Shown: positions 11,845 to 23,619, counted from the first letter of the stretch. The stretch is DNA of 64,000 bases from Octopus sinensis (GCF_006345805.1 NC_043003.1:8370001-8434000); one strand, 5' to 3'. A program made the numbers and translations. Notes: generated from the letters alone by a model not told the origin.

Positions 11845-12034
11845 CTGTATTGTCTGAAGTAATGCTAATATATCGACTTCGAGGCATTGGAACGTTTCGG
11901 CGTTATGACATAATACAAGAAAGACAGGAAACACTGAAAGTAGCAGCTGCTCTTTCACATTTCTTACAGGCTGGCAGCAATTCCGTCAAATGGATGTCAG
12001 TAGACTCTGTTGTCATATACGTAGATTTAAGTCG
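11845..12034 (+). CDS. Candidate internal exon (phase 1 to 2) of an unidentified, possibly decayed gene
   Basis: Acceptor TTTAATTTGTTTTCCTTCAG, donor CG|GTAAGA, one open frame VLSEVMLIYRLRGIGTFRRYDIIQERQETLKVAAALSHFLQAGSNSVKWMSVDSVVIYVDLS; no recognised homology. Confidence 0.35.
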
Positions 12035-12084
12035 GTAAGATGGACAATCAACTTGAATTCCATATTTGAGTTATTCTATTATTG

Positions 12085-12292
12085 TGTTATTCTTTTACTT
12101 GTTTCAGTCATTTGCCTGCCGCCATGCTGGGGCACTGCCTTTAGTTCAACAAATAGAGCCACGACTTATTCTTTGTGAGCCTAGTACTTGTTCTACTGAT
12201 CTCTTGTGCCGAACTGCTAAGTTACGGGCACATAAAGCCCCTAAGATCAGTTGTCAAGGGATGGTGGGGAACAAACAGACGCACAAACATAC

Positions 12293-12333
<41 letters not shown>

Positions 12334-12490
12334 CGACAGGCTTCTTTCAGTTTCCGTCTACCAAATCCACTCAAAAGGCTTTGGTTGACCCGAGGCTATA
12401 GCAGGAGACACCTCCCCAAGGTGCCACGCAGTGGAATTGAACCCGAAACCATGTGGTTAGGAAGCATGCTTCTTACCACACAGCTACTTC
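12085..12490 (-). mobile_element. SINE family C, full length
   Basis: Both halves plus internal (CA)/(TA)n, reverse orientation. Confidence 0.9.
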
Positions 12491-12850
12491 AACGCCTATG
12501 GATATAATTTAATCTTTTATCTTTATTTGCCTCAGTTATTAGACTGGTCATGCTTGCTTGAATAATATTTACTCGAATAAATCAACCCCAATACTTAAAA
12601 TTTAAAACCTGTTACTTATTTTGCCGAAGCACTAAGTTTCGGGAACGTAAACACACCAGCAACGGTGGTAGAGGACAAACATAGGCACAAAGACACACAT
12701 GTATATACATATATAAACGTATTTATTTCTCTTTCAATTTCAGAATTATAACTATTAGCGGTTTGAGTTTGGCTGCTCTTTCTAGTGAGTCGAATGTCCT
12801 ATTATGGCCATTCCTTATATTTTTGAATATATATATATATATATATGCAC

Positions 12851-13048
12851 CACGGATTTTTGTCAGTGAACAGGTCGCGGATTTTAGCAACGAAACTACT
12901 TTGACAAATTGAATCTAAATGTTGAAGTGAATCGAACGGCTTTTGTGTGTTTCTTAAATGGCTTACAAACACCTTCCACGCTGCAATTGTTTTCGTTTCA
13001 GCACACGATCTCAGATCAAATTACTTACTATGCAAGTACATCTCCGTG
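12851..13048. mobile_element. Short MITE-like element
   Basis: Ends CACGG...CCGTG within TA-rich flanks; diverged copy in opposite orientation at ~59850-59950. Confidence 0.5.
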
Positions 13049-13184
13049 ATATATATATAACACATATCAACTGCAAAAATAAACATGATTTCCAACAGCT
13101 GTTTTGATTAATACTTTAAAGATTATAATTGTAATAATTAATCAAGGCAGAAAAAATATATACCAGTATATTATTAGTTGTTAA

Positions 13185-13240
13185 GTATACGGAACATTAC
13201 AGCAAATTCATTACAAGAGTTGCTGGAATGTTCCGTATAC
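13185..13240. ncRNA. Pre-miRNA-sized hairpin candidate
   Basis: GTATACGGAACATTACAGCAA / TTGCTGGAATGTTCCGTATAC, 20 of 21 pairs, 14-nt loop. Confidence 0.35.
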
Positions 13241-13289
13241 ATCTATTTTCTTATTTTTCTGATATATATATCAGCGGAGGCATGTATAG

Positions 13290-13540
13290 CATTTGATAAG
13301 TCTATCCAAGTGGAGAGTTACGTTGATAAAGGATATGAATTTATAATTCTGATCCAGAAACGCGTCCGTAAATAACCCTAGACTGTGCTTTCGTTATTTT
13401 TTCCTTCTGTTTTGCATATGTGAATTACATGGATATGTTGTATGTGGAGTCTTATTTGTAGAAAATAAAAATAAACAGTCTTTGACTGCTTTTTCTAATT
13501 TTTCGGTATGTGGCTAAACAACCTGTTGCCTGCCCCTTTT
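13290..13540 (+). mobile_element. Degenerate relative of the 14276-14898 retrozyme-like unit
   Basis: GAAACGCGTCCGTA (HHR 3' half) and CTTTGACTGC..TTTCTAA..TTCGGTATGTGG shared with 14692-14860; core reduced to TTGATAA. Confidence 0.45.
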
Positions 13541-13569
13541 TATTTATACACAAATATATTCTTTCTTGT

Positions 13570-13754
13570 CTTTCTTTTCCTTGTTTCAGTCATTTGACTG
13601 CGGCCATGCTGGAGCACCGCCTTTAGTCGAGAAAATCGACCCCAGGACTTATTCTTTGTAAGCCCAGTACTTATTCTATCGGTGTCTTTTGCCGAACCGC
13701 TAAGTGACGGGGACGTAAACACACCAGCCTCGGTTGTCAAGCACAGACATACAA

Positions 13755-13801
<47 letters not shown>

Positions 13802-13936
13802 TACGACAGGCTTCTTTTAGTTTCCGTCTACCAATTCCACTCACAAGGCATTGGTCAGCCTGGGGCTATAGCAATGCCTTGTGAGTGGAATTGATAGACG
13901 GAAACTAAAAGAAGCCTGTCGTATATATGTATATAT

Positions 13937-13974
<38 letters not shown>

Positions 13975-14039
13975 TATGTCTGTGCTTGACAACCGATGCT
14001 GGTGTGTTTACGTCCCCGTCACTTAGCGGTTCGGCAAAA
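13570..14039. mobile_element. SINE family C copy with local inverted duplication (fold-back)
   Basis: 13687-13852 and 13873-14039 are reverse complements sharing non-consensus variants and the same deletion. Confidence 0.85.
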
Positions 14040-14062
14040 TTTTGATTTTTTAGATTGGAAGT

Positions 14063-14104
14063 CCACCTGAAGATTGTCGATCAAGACAAGAACGATTGTA
14101 GTGG
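14063..14104 (+). ncRNA. Minimal type I HHR motif with one core base missing
   Basis: CCAC-CTGAAGA-TTGTC.GATCAA.GACAA-GAA-CGATTGTA-GTGG; A15.1 absent compared with 1431-1442. Confidence 0.5.
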
Positions 14105-14197
14105 CGGTTTTTTTGACTATTTATTAAAATTTTATGTATTGATTAAGTCTTTCCTTGTTTGTTTTGCAAAATAGTGGTTTTGTCTCTAATAATATTT

Positions 14198-14229
<32 letters not shown>

Positions 14230-14233
14230 AATA

Positions 14234-14275
<42 letters not shown>

Positions 14276-14279
<4 letters not shown>

Positions 14280-14898
14280 CGTTGCTAAACCCTTTATTGC
14301 TTAGTATTACTTAAATTTTCCTCGAATGAGGCTTTTACATGCCGAAGACTACTTGTGTAATTGATAATTATTCCAAATTAATTAATTTCACCCTTCATTA
14401 TTACGGATAACCATATTTTATCTCAGTAGATGACCACAGCATCTTGTTTTGGCTACACGCGGTGGGAAGGGGCTGGTGACACAATCTTTTCATTCACGCA
14501 TTGAATTTGGTGATACTAGTTGCGGATTCTAGCTCGCTCTGATACTGAGTTGAGTTGGTGCCTTCTAGTATCTCAAATTCAATATATAATCATTTATGAT
14601 TATAGTATTCGACGCTGAAGAGAAAAGAAGTTTTTGGTAAGATAGAATTATTTAATATTTAGTTCTTATGCTTTCCTAAAAACTTGATTTCGAAACGTAC
14701 GTCCGTAGATAACTTAAAATTGTATGATAGATTGCCGTCAATTCATTCTCTCTTACCTGTTTGTGTCTGCCTTCCAATTGCTGTTTTTACTGAGATCTCC
14801 CTTTTTAGTAGAAGAAATAGCTATAACTCTTTGACTGCTATTTCTAAATTCGGTATGTGGTAAGGCAATTCGTTGCTAAACCCTTTATTGCTTAGTAT
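14276..14898 (+). mobile_element. Retrozyme-like non-coding unit (591-nt period) with 32-bp terminal direct repeats
   Basis: AATTCGTTGCTAAACCCTTTATTGCTTAGTAT at 14276-14307 and 14867-14898; internal canonical HHR; (TA)n on both flanks. Confidence 0.7.
14607..14710 (+). ncRNA. Type I hammerhead ribozyme, canonical core, long stem II
   Basis: ACG-CTGAAGA (14615-14621)-GAAA...TTTC-GAAA (14692-14695)-CGTAC-GTC-CGT; palindromic stem III ACGTACGT; GUC site after 14703; stem II includes AAGTTTTT/AAAAACTT. Confidence 0.8.
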
Positions 14899-15248
14899 AT
14901 ATATATATAATATATATATATATTATATATATAAGTGTGTGTGTGTGTGTATTATATGTAAAGGAAAGATCAAAGAATCAACGCGTAAGAACTTAATAAG
15001 CTTCGAGCTGTTTGTAGACGGTATACAAAAAAAAAACAACTTACAGGAACAATAGCGTTTTATTGACGTAGAAGGTTGTACATTTTTCCCATATCGAAGT
15101 TCGATATGCTAAGGAAAATTATTTTATAGTTCACGGTTAGGGGTTGCTATGTATGCAAATAAAAATTCAATTCTGGGCTCCATGTTTTTCCTAGCTAGCA
15201 GAGCCCAAACAACGGTTAATCAGTTGTCTGTTTGTCAGAATAAGATAC

Positions 15249-15409
15249 CTTAGCCAAATTAAGTTTACATTGTTGTCAATGTATTCCATGTCAATTCGCA
15301 GGAGATTTGATCTCCTGCAAAGAAACCAGGAATTTACATTTCGGTTTTGACCTTTCCAGCCGCAGTGGTTAAATTTGCAGCTTCCTTCCTTTAACCATAT
15401 TTTAAATGC
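15249..15409 (-). CDS. Candidate internal exon (phase 0 to 2); weakly MAM-domain-like
   Basis: Acceptor GTGTTTTCTTATGCGTTCCAG, donor AG|GTATCT, only one open frame AFKIWLKEGSCKFNHCGWKGQNRNVNSWFLCRRSNLLRIDMEYIDNNVNLIWL. Confidence 0.35.
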
Positions 15410-16087
15410 CTGGAACGCATAAGAAAACACATACAACCACACTAAGCAATCATATTGCAACAATCGCATCTTCATTTCTCTTCCTCTATCAGCCATCCTG
15501 CCTCTCAATCTTTCCATATACACACACACACACACGAGCAAGCACAAAAACACGCGCACACACAAATACACACACATACATTCATACATAGACACAAAAC
15601 GCATGAATATATAAAATATACAGGCGTGGTAAGAAGTCTGCTTCCCAATCACATGGCCCGGGTTTCAAGTTTCTCGGGCCGACCCAAGCGTTGTGAGTGG
15701 ATTTTGTACACGGAAAATAAAAGAAAACCAACATCTATATTCCACCCTGTGCCTGTCAAACATTATGTCCCTGCTGTAAGGCTTTACTTCCACACACGCC
15801 AGCTTAATTTAATTCGTCCTAAGTCGAAAGACACACGTTGTTAATGTCCTGTTATTTGTATTTGCGTACCATTTCTCTGTTTTTTTCGTCCTTGTTTTTG
15901 TATACATTCACTGCTTTCTTCCAAGGAATCTAGTGCTCTTAGCTTAGTTTTCCCTTGGAGCAATCTCGAGTATAACCAGCCAAAATTACAAAGATAATCT
16001 GCAACTCGACTGAGGAAAGAAAACTCCGAACGACTCGTCCTTGTTTTCTTTGTATCGTTTTGCGTTCATGTCCCATTTTTGTATTTT

Positions 16088-16173
<86 letters not shown>

Positions 16174-16182
16174 ATATATATA

Positions 16183-16214
<32 letters not shown>

Positions 16215-16489
16215 ATATTAGTCCCTTAATATTTGATATTAAATATTTCATCTATTCAATAAGACAATCAATATTTCATTTTATTTTAATATATATATTA
16301 TTTATACTATATATTCTATATTCCATATTAATATTATAAAGAATATAAATAAAACGTAAAAAACAGTGTTGGAATTCCTTTGAATAATATATATATATAC
16401 ATATATATACATATATATTTATGTATGTATGTATGTATGTATGTATGTATGTATGTATGTATGTATGTATGTGTGTATGTGTGTATGTT

Positions 16490-16685
16490 TGTATTTGTGT
16501 GTCTGTGTTTGTACCACCAGCATCGCTTGACAACCGATGTTGATGTGCTTACGTCCTCGTAATCTAGCGGTTCGGCCAAAGTGACTGATTTAATAAGTAT
16601 TAGGCTTACAAAGAATAAATCCTGGAGTCGATTTGTTCGACTGAAAGCTGTACTCCAGCATGGCGGCAGTCAAATTACTTGTATG
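16490..16685 (+). mobile_element. SINE family C, 3' half
   Basis: CATCGCTTGACAACCGATG..GCGGTTCGGC..CCAGCATGGCGGCAGTCAAAT. Confidence 0.8.
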
Positions 16686-18074
16686 CATGCACCAAGGTAG
16701 ACTTATACAAGTAAACATATGCACTTGTCAAAATATATACAACAATCTATTCATATATACACACTCACACATACATACACACATACAGCAGCATATACAC
16801 TTGCTAAAACGTACATTCTATGTATATTAACTTCTACTAAATATACACCTATACACACACTCTCATATGCAGTTTGGAAAACATAAACATGCTCCCTCAT
16901 ATAAACGCTAGCTAAAAGATGTACAATCGATATCACTTCCCCTGCACGTATACATAAATTATACACAAAAATACTTCTGAAAACACACTCTCACCTATGC
17001 GCAAACACTGGCTAATACATACATACAATCAATATTCCTTACATCTACGAATATAAGAAAAAAATTTACTCACACACTTCCGAAAACATACAAACAAACG
17101 CACACATAAACAAGTTAAGATGTAGCTACAATCGATATTACCTCCCTTTGTGAACTCTCCAACTACATTCTTCACCTTCCCACTTCGTACTTACCCAAAA
17201 TATGGCTTCAGCATAAATGCATATGGATTACTAATCTGTATTTTGATATTTTTTTCTCTTTCACTCTCTCCCCGCTTCTCTCTCTCTCTCTCCTCTCTGT
17301 TTTTTATTTCTCTCTATCACTTCTCTTTCCTTTCTGATGAAAAACAAATAAGATCGAAGCATCAAACATTTCTTTCATTCTCTCATTTATCATCAAACTA
17401 ATACTCATTTCGAACGTGTTGTTCGATATTCGTTGGTTGCATTGTTACTAAACATTCCCATATAGATTGTGAAGCTGATTCAGACTCGCTTATATCCATA
17501 AATGATTTACTTCTTGGAATATATTCTTCGACAATCCTGGATTGCCATTTTGGATTTCAGATATCTTCCCATCTGCAATATACTCTCTCTCTTTCCTCCC
17601 TCTCCTCAATCTCTTAACATTTACACGCCGCACAAATACACACACACACGCACGGACATGCACACACACAAATAAATATGTGAGAGTATGTGCCTTTGCG
17701 CTAATTGCGTGTGTATGTGTGTAAATGCGTGCGGGGGTGTAAACGTGTATCTTTGTGTATATATGTATATTATGTATATATTTTTATCTATCTATCTATA
17801 TATATAAAACTTATAAATAAGGGCAAAAGGAAAAAAATTCCTATGCCAAATATGCCGAGAGTAGACATTAAATAACTACATATCGCGTCTCGAAACAAGC
17901 TGAGAGAAATCTCTAAAAAAACGTTTTCTGAATTTTCAGATTTTTCTATACGCTAGGCCACTGGTTTTAAATTGATGTTAATTAAATTAATATTCAATTT
18001 ATCATCCTCATCATTTAAATTATATATATTTCTTTTTTATTTAAAAAAAAATTTTTTTATTTAATTTTTTTTCC

Positions 18075-18356
18075 GACCAGGCTATCAGATGTTGCTACAC
18101 ATCGCTGGTCACAATGCGCTTCGCATTGTTTTAGCCTTCAAATGACGCCACCCCGCTGGCTAAGCGAGCAGGCCAACAGAAGAAAGAGTGAGAGAAAGTT
18201 GTGGCGAAGGAGTACAGCAGAGATCGGCACCATCCCCTGCCGGGGGCTCGTGGAGCTTCAGGTGTTTTCGCTCAATAAACACTCACAACGCCCGGTCTGG
18301 GAATCGAAACCGCGATCCTACGATTGCGAGTCCGCTGCCCTAACCACTGGGCCATT
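18075..18356 (-). mobile_element. SINE family A head with alternative 3' body
   Basis: Family A tRNA-like head joined to TTGGCCTGCTCGCTTAGCCAGCGGGGTGGCGTCATTTGAAGG..; the same tail occurs alone at ~34415-34510 (+). Confidence 0.85.
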
Positions 18357-19226
18357 ATATATATATATATACTCGAGTTATTTAGTATGGGTCTTCATTT
18401 TTTGCGATCAAATCCCGCACAGATTTATTCTGGTTCTTCATACTTTAGTGAATCGTTTGACTACGTAACACTAAATACTGGAAAACCCGATATAATCAAT
18501 TTTATTTCCCGTTAAATTCCTGGCCTTTTACCTATGAAATAAATCAATACAGCAGATTGAAACACGTCTACATCTATGCCTTTATGTATATTTATCAAAC
18601 AATCAATGTATATATGTGTGTATGTTTGTACATGTTTGTACATGTATGTGTGTATACATATTGTGTCTGTGTGTGTTTATATCTGTATATTATGAGTCTA
18701 TGTAAGTATATATCAATATATAGATAAATATATATAAAATATATATATACATAAATTCATACATATACACATATACATATCTATCTATCTTTCTATCTAT
18801 ATATCTATTTATCTAAGTATCTTTCTGTTTGTCTATAGAGCATGTGGGCGTGAGTGTATGATTATGTACGTGAGTGAATGCGCATGTGTGTCCATAAAGG
18901 TACGCATTTATTCACATGTATGTATATCTATGCTATATATTATATATATATATATTTAAACATATATGTGTACTTATATACATACATACATACATAGATA
19001 CATACATACATACATACATACATACATACATACATACATACATACATACATACATACGTACGTACACACACAAACACATGGAGGAAGTGAGACAGAGAGG
19101 ATGAGACAGGGAAGGAGATACACGGTTCGATGTAGAAAGAAAGGGAATAAATTTACCAATAATACACATAGAAGAGTTTAAACATTTACTATAAGGCAAG
19201 TTTTTTTCCCCTCAATCGCTATTTAG

Positions 19227-19505
19227 AGATTCACATTTCCGCTTTTCGCTTCGCCATATATACAAAATCAGGCATGGAATCTTTATAGATGTTTGAAGAT
19301 ATACACATTTCATGGACGTCTCGATAGCAGAGATAATATAACAACGGTTGTGCTTCATATCAATTTTGCCTGAAGGCACATTTAGCGATACGTCGTTATA
19401 CAATGCCTCCTGTATAAATTTTGATATTATCGATAATGTAGCGGAGGTCAACAGCCTTACAGAACCTTCCATTGCACAAACATACATAAACACACAAAGA
19501 TATAC
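19227..19505 (+). pseudogene. Candidate pseudo-exon (phase 2 to 2, two in-frame stops)
   Basis: Acceptor TTTTTTTCCCCTCAATCGCTATTTAG, donor AC|GTGAGT, 279 nt; DSHFRFSLRHIYKIRHGIFIDV*RYTHFMDVSIAEII*QRLCFISILPEGTFSDTSLYNASC... Confidence 0.35.
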
Positions 19506-20946
19506 GTGAGTTGGTTTTTGTGTCTCTACTTTATAATAGAATGGATATATTCAGAGAACGGAAAATATGGTATTCGCAGTGTAATATCTTTGGGCTTTAT
19601 CCGGTGGTTCTTCATTTGTTTCAGCCAGTCGACTGCAACCTTGCTGAGGCACCGCTTTGTAGGGATTTGGTCGAACAAATCGCCCCCAATACGTATCATA
19701 TTTAATCTAGTATTCCTTTTATCACTACCTTTTGTCGAACCACTAAGTTACCAGGGTATGACAAAACCAACATCCGTTATGAAGCAATGGCGGGATGGAG
19801 TCATAGACATGCAAAAATGCAAAAACGCACGCACACGCACACACCACACACACACACCACATCAGTACGACAAGTTTACACGTAGTTTGTCAAAGAAATT
19901 CACTTGCAAGGTATTGGTTGATGCTATAGCTGAAGACACGTGGCCAACGTGTCTCACAGTGGGACCGAAACCGAAACGAAGAGGTTACACATCGAGCATT
20001 ACAATGACACAGCCATGTCTGCGCCAACTTCTATAAGTCTAGAACTCTTGTGTTTGGAATTAGCAACAGCTGATTTCGAACGCAAGAATCTGAAGAGAAA
20101 TGTTCTAGTCATCTAATTCTTATTTCGTTTGGTGGGACAACATTTCTGAGAGTAGGAAACGGCTTCTTGTTCAGTTTCCTTTATTTTCCCAGCATGTCTC
20201 CGGAACTATACATGACAGACATTCTGTGTTGTAAATAATTTTCTATTCAAAGCATTGTTTAAAAAGAATTTTAGCTGTAACAACGCTATGATAAAAATCA
20301 AATTTATTCTCATTCTATAATTCTATTTAACAATTCCTAGTCAGTAGATAAAAAAAAAAACAAAAAAAAAAAACAGAATTTAAGCAAGACAAGAATTAAA
20401 AATTACCCAGAAAAAAGATACAAGAATGATGAAACCAAATCGATTTGCCAGCTAGCAACTTCTTTTACCAATCCACATAGTTATAAAATTGCTTAACCAA
20501 GTTACGTTTTAATCTTGTGTTATGGCGATACGTTAAGAAAATTCAAAATATGAGTACAAGTCCGTTTTCAAATTGCTCTCTTACTTAAATACACATTTAA
20601 AATACATTGAATATACATTGTTTTGTGGGTATTACTTGTGGGTATTATTGTATCTTCACTCTTCTTCAAAGATGCCCTTTCATGAATTAGTGTACAAATT
20701 CCTGTTGAGAAAATCATACTACTTCAGTTAACAATTGCTAAACTTACTTCTTCCAAGTTAGTCTTATTTTTCACAATAGGCTCAGGCATGGTTGCGTGGT
20801 AAGAAGCTTCTTTCCCAACCACATGGCTGCAGGTCATGTCCCTCTGCATAGTAACTTCTAATATAACCTAGGGTGGGCCAAAGGCTTCTGAGTGGATTTG
20901 GTAGAGAGAAACTGAAAGGAACCCGTCATATGCATACATATATATA

Positions 20947-20980
<34 letters not shown>

Positions 20981-21139
20981 CATGTATGTATGTATGTATG
21001 TATATATATATATATGTGTGTGTATGTGTGTATATATATATATGTGTATATATATATGTGTGTGTGTATATATATATATATGTATATATATATATGTGTG
21101 TGTGTATATATGTATGTATGTATGTAGGGAGAATTTACA

Positions 21140-21280
21140 AAAAAAAACAACAAAAGACAAAGGCAGGTGGTGTAGACATCAAACAGTTGTATTAGTACAA
21201 CGCTCGGGAAGTGAAAAGGTCTTTAACGTTTCGAGCCTACGCTCTTCCACAGAAAGGAACACAGAAAGGAACAAGAAACA
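21140..21280 (-). mobile_element. Short HHR-bearing pLTR-like repeat (copy 1)
   Basis: Similar to 33030-33190; contains variant HHR 21221-21256. Confidence 0.6.
21221..21256 (-). ncRNA. Minimal type I HHR variant (CUGUGGA core)
   Basis: CTTT-CTGTGGA-A-GAGC.GTAG.GCTC-GAAA-CGT-T-AAAG. Confidence 0.55.
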
Positions 21281-21582
21281 TTTAATTGACTAATTGATTG
21301 ATTTTGTTTTTTGTTTCTTTTAATATTTCGAATAGAAACCGTATATTCTTAGAATTTACTTATGACACGTATGAAAAGATCTATTCAGAAGGGATCGATT
21401 ATTCTTACATTACAAAGATATCAAATGCAGAATGAAACAGTTATTTTATTATAGATTACAGTAATATCACTAGTGTCTCTGTTGAAAATACGAAGGAATC
21501 TGATAGCATGGCAAATTGGATACAAAGAGTGTTAGAATAAATAAACGAATATTTCTCAAAATTCTTGACCGCCATGAAAATG
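21278..21582 (+). repeat. ~305-bp local direct duplication, copy 1
   Basis: Nearly identical to 23314-23619 (a handful of substitutions). Confidence 0.95.
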
Positions 21583-22830
21583 GCTAGCGATGCATACATA
21601 CATACATACACATACATACATACATACATCCATCCATCCATACATACATACATACATACATACATACATACATACATACATGTGTTGTGTGTGTGTGTGT
21701 CTGTGTCTGTGTTTGTCCCCCGCTACCACTTGACAACCGGTGTTGATGTGTGTAGTCCCCGTAACTTAGCAGTTCGGCAAAAAGTTAATTTACATGGCCG
21801 CAATCTGACGATGGAAACAATGAAAATGAAAAGATTAGCATATTTCTACCCAGCCACCTCGACCATTCGATGGAAAGAGTATCACAGAAACATAAAATGT
21901 TGTTGCATCTGTAGGATGGGATTTAAAATAACCGCGTGAGAAAATGTCATCATATTTTCCAATCGATTTATTTCCAGATTTTTGCATTGTCAATTATGAA
22001 ATTTCGTTGCTTAGTAATTATCTTATATGGTGCGTATTTTTCGTTCGCGTCATTGTTTAAATTTTCCCCGACGGAATCACTCTTCGAATGAAAAAAACAA
22101 ATCACAAAAGACAGTGTTACTTCGTTTATATCTGTGGGCTATTGAGCTCAGTTAACGAATCGAATTTGCTATGATTTCTCCTTTAAAATTTCTTAGATTA
22201 AACAAAAAATAATGGCTGCAGATATTACATAAATACCATATTTACGCGTGTAAAAGTCTCAAAATTTCATACTATATTTTTTTACTGAAAAACACTGTGA
22301 TGCTAGTTATACGAAGGGCAAAGCTTAAACTATGAAAAGAAAAAAAAATGTATCAAGATTTAACGCTAAATTTGGAGAGCAACCTAAATGCAAGTTCGAC
22401 TTGTACGCGAGTAAAAAATGTAAGTTAATTTGGTTGAAGCATCAGCATAATGTTCTGTACCATAAATTTGCTGGCACATTATAGAATAGTTCAAAGGAAT
22501 ATAGATAGCTATTGTTTTTATAACATTTTGAAAATAATATTAAAATGCTAATCAAATATGATTTATTTAATTCACTCTTAGTGGCGAGTTGTTCTTCCTC
22601 GTTTACATAATTTTATATTATCAGAATACAATGTTTAAATGTTAACGCAAAGAACTTTGCTTAATGCAATACCTTAACGTGAAAATATCTCAGGAGGGGA
22701 AAAGAATAAATCCTAATGGAAAGAGTATGTGAGATATTCTATAATGTTGGGGAATTCAGTGCAACCCAACCTGGAACTATTCAATGCGTTAAGGGGCATA
22801 ATATTAACTTGAATACCGTACCAAATTACG

Positions 22831-23245
22831 TATTTCTTTATTGCCCACAAGGGGCTAAACACAGAGGGGACACACAAGGACAGACAAACGGATTAAGTCG
22901 AGTACATCCACCCCAGTGCGTAACTGGTACTTATTTAATCGACCCCGAAAGGATGAAAGGCAAAGTCGACCTCGGCGGAATTTGAACTCAGAACGTACCG
23001 GCAGATGAAATACCTATTTCTTTACTACCCACAAGGAGCTAAACACAGAAGGGACAAACAAGGACAGACAAACGGATTAAGTCGATTATGTCGACCCCAG
23101 TGCGTAACTGGTACTTATTTAATCGACCCCTAAAGGATGAAAGACAAAGTCGACCTCGGCGGAATTTGAACTCAGAACGTAACGGCAGACGAAATACTGC
23201 TAAGCATTTCGCCCGGCGTGCTAACGTTTCTGCCAACTCGTTGCT
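22831..23245 (-). mobile_element. SINE family B, head-body-body dimer
   Basis: Body repeated in tandem with junction GAAATACCTATTTCTTTACTACCC. Confidence 0.9.
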
Positions 23246-23313
23246 GTACCAAATTACATGTACACGTAATGCAAGATAACAACAACCACGGGCTTTTCTT
23301 TGTTTCCCTGCAG

Positions 23314-23619
23314 AACATTTAAATGATTGATTGATTTTGTTTTGTTTTTTTTTCTTTTAATATTTCGAATAGAAGCCGTATATTCTTAGAATTTACTTAT
23401 GACACGTATGAAAAGATCTATTCAGAAGGGATCGATTATTCTTACATTACAAAGATATCAAATGCAGAATGAAACAGTTATTTTATTATAGATTACAATA
23501 ATATCACTAGTGTCTCTGTTGAAAATACGATGGAATCTGATAGCATGGCAAATTGGATACATAGAGTGTTAGAATAAATAAACGAATATTTCTCAAAATT
23601 CTTGACCGCCATGAAAATG
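23314..23619 (+). repeat. ~305-bp local direct duplication, copy 2
   Basis: Nearly identical to 21278-21582. Confidence 0.95.

Noticed and set aside
11890-11990. Minus-strand CKKC...CLSC resembling a B-box zinc finger
   Set aside because: Stops immediately after, no splice signals; the plus strand has the better exon signature
13283-13370. Apparent plus-strand exon AEACIAFDKSIQVESYVDKGYEFIILIQKR
   Set aside because: Overlaps a degenerate HHR/retrozyme-like repeat, has a weak donor, and its phase does not fit the neighbouring candidate exon
14606-14636. Possible 31-nt micro-exon ending at GTAAGA
   Set aside because: Lies within the HHR core and stem II of the 591-nt unit, which explains the sequence better
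15800-16075. pLTR-like tract with CTGAGGA..CCGAACGACTCGTC; similar tract at 41880-42130 (minus)
   Set aside because: Core spacing and stem II cannot be folded convincingly, too degenerate to call as HHRs
19506-20036. 176-aa plus-strand ORF
   Set aside because: Mostly a degenerate minus-strand SINE family C copy read in frame by chance
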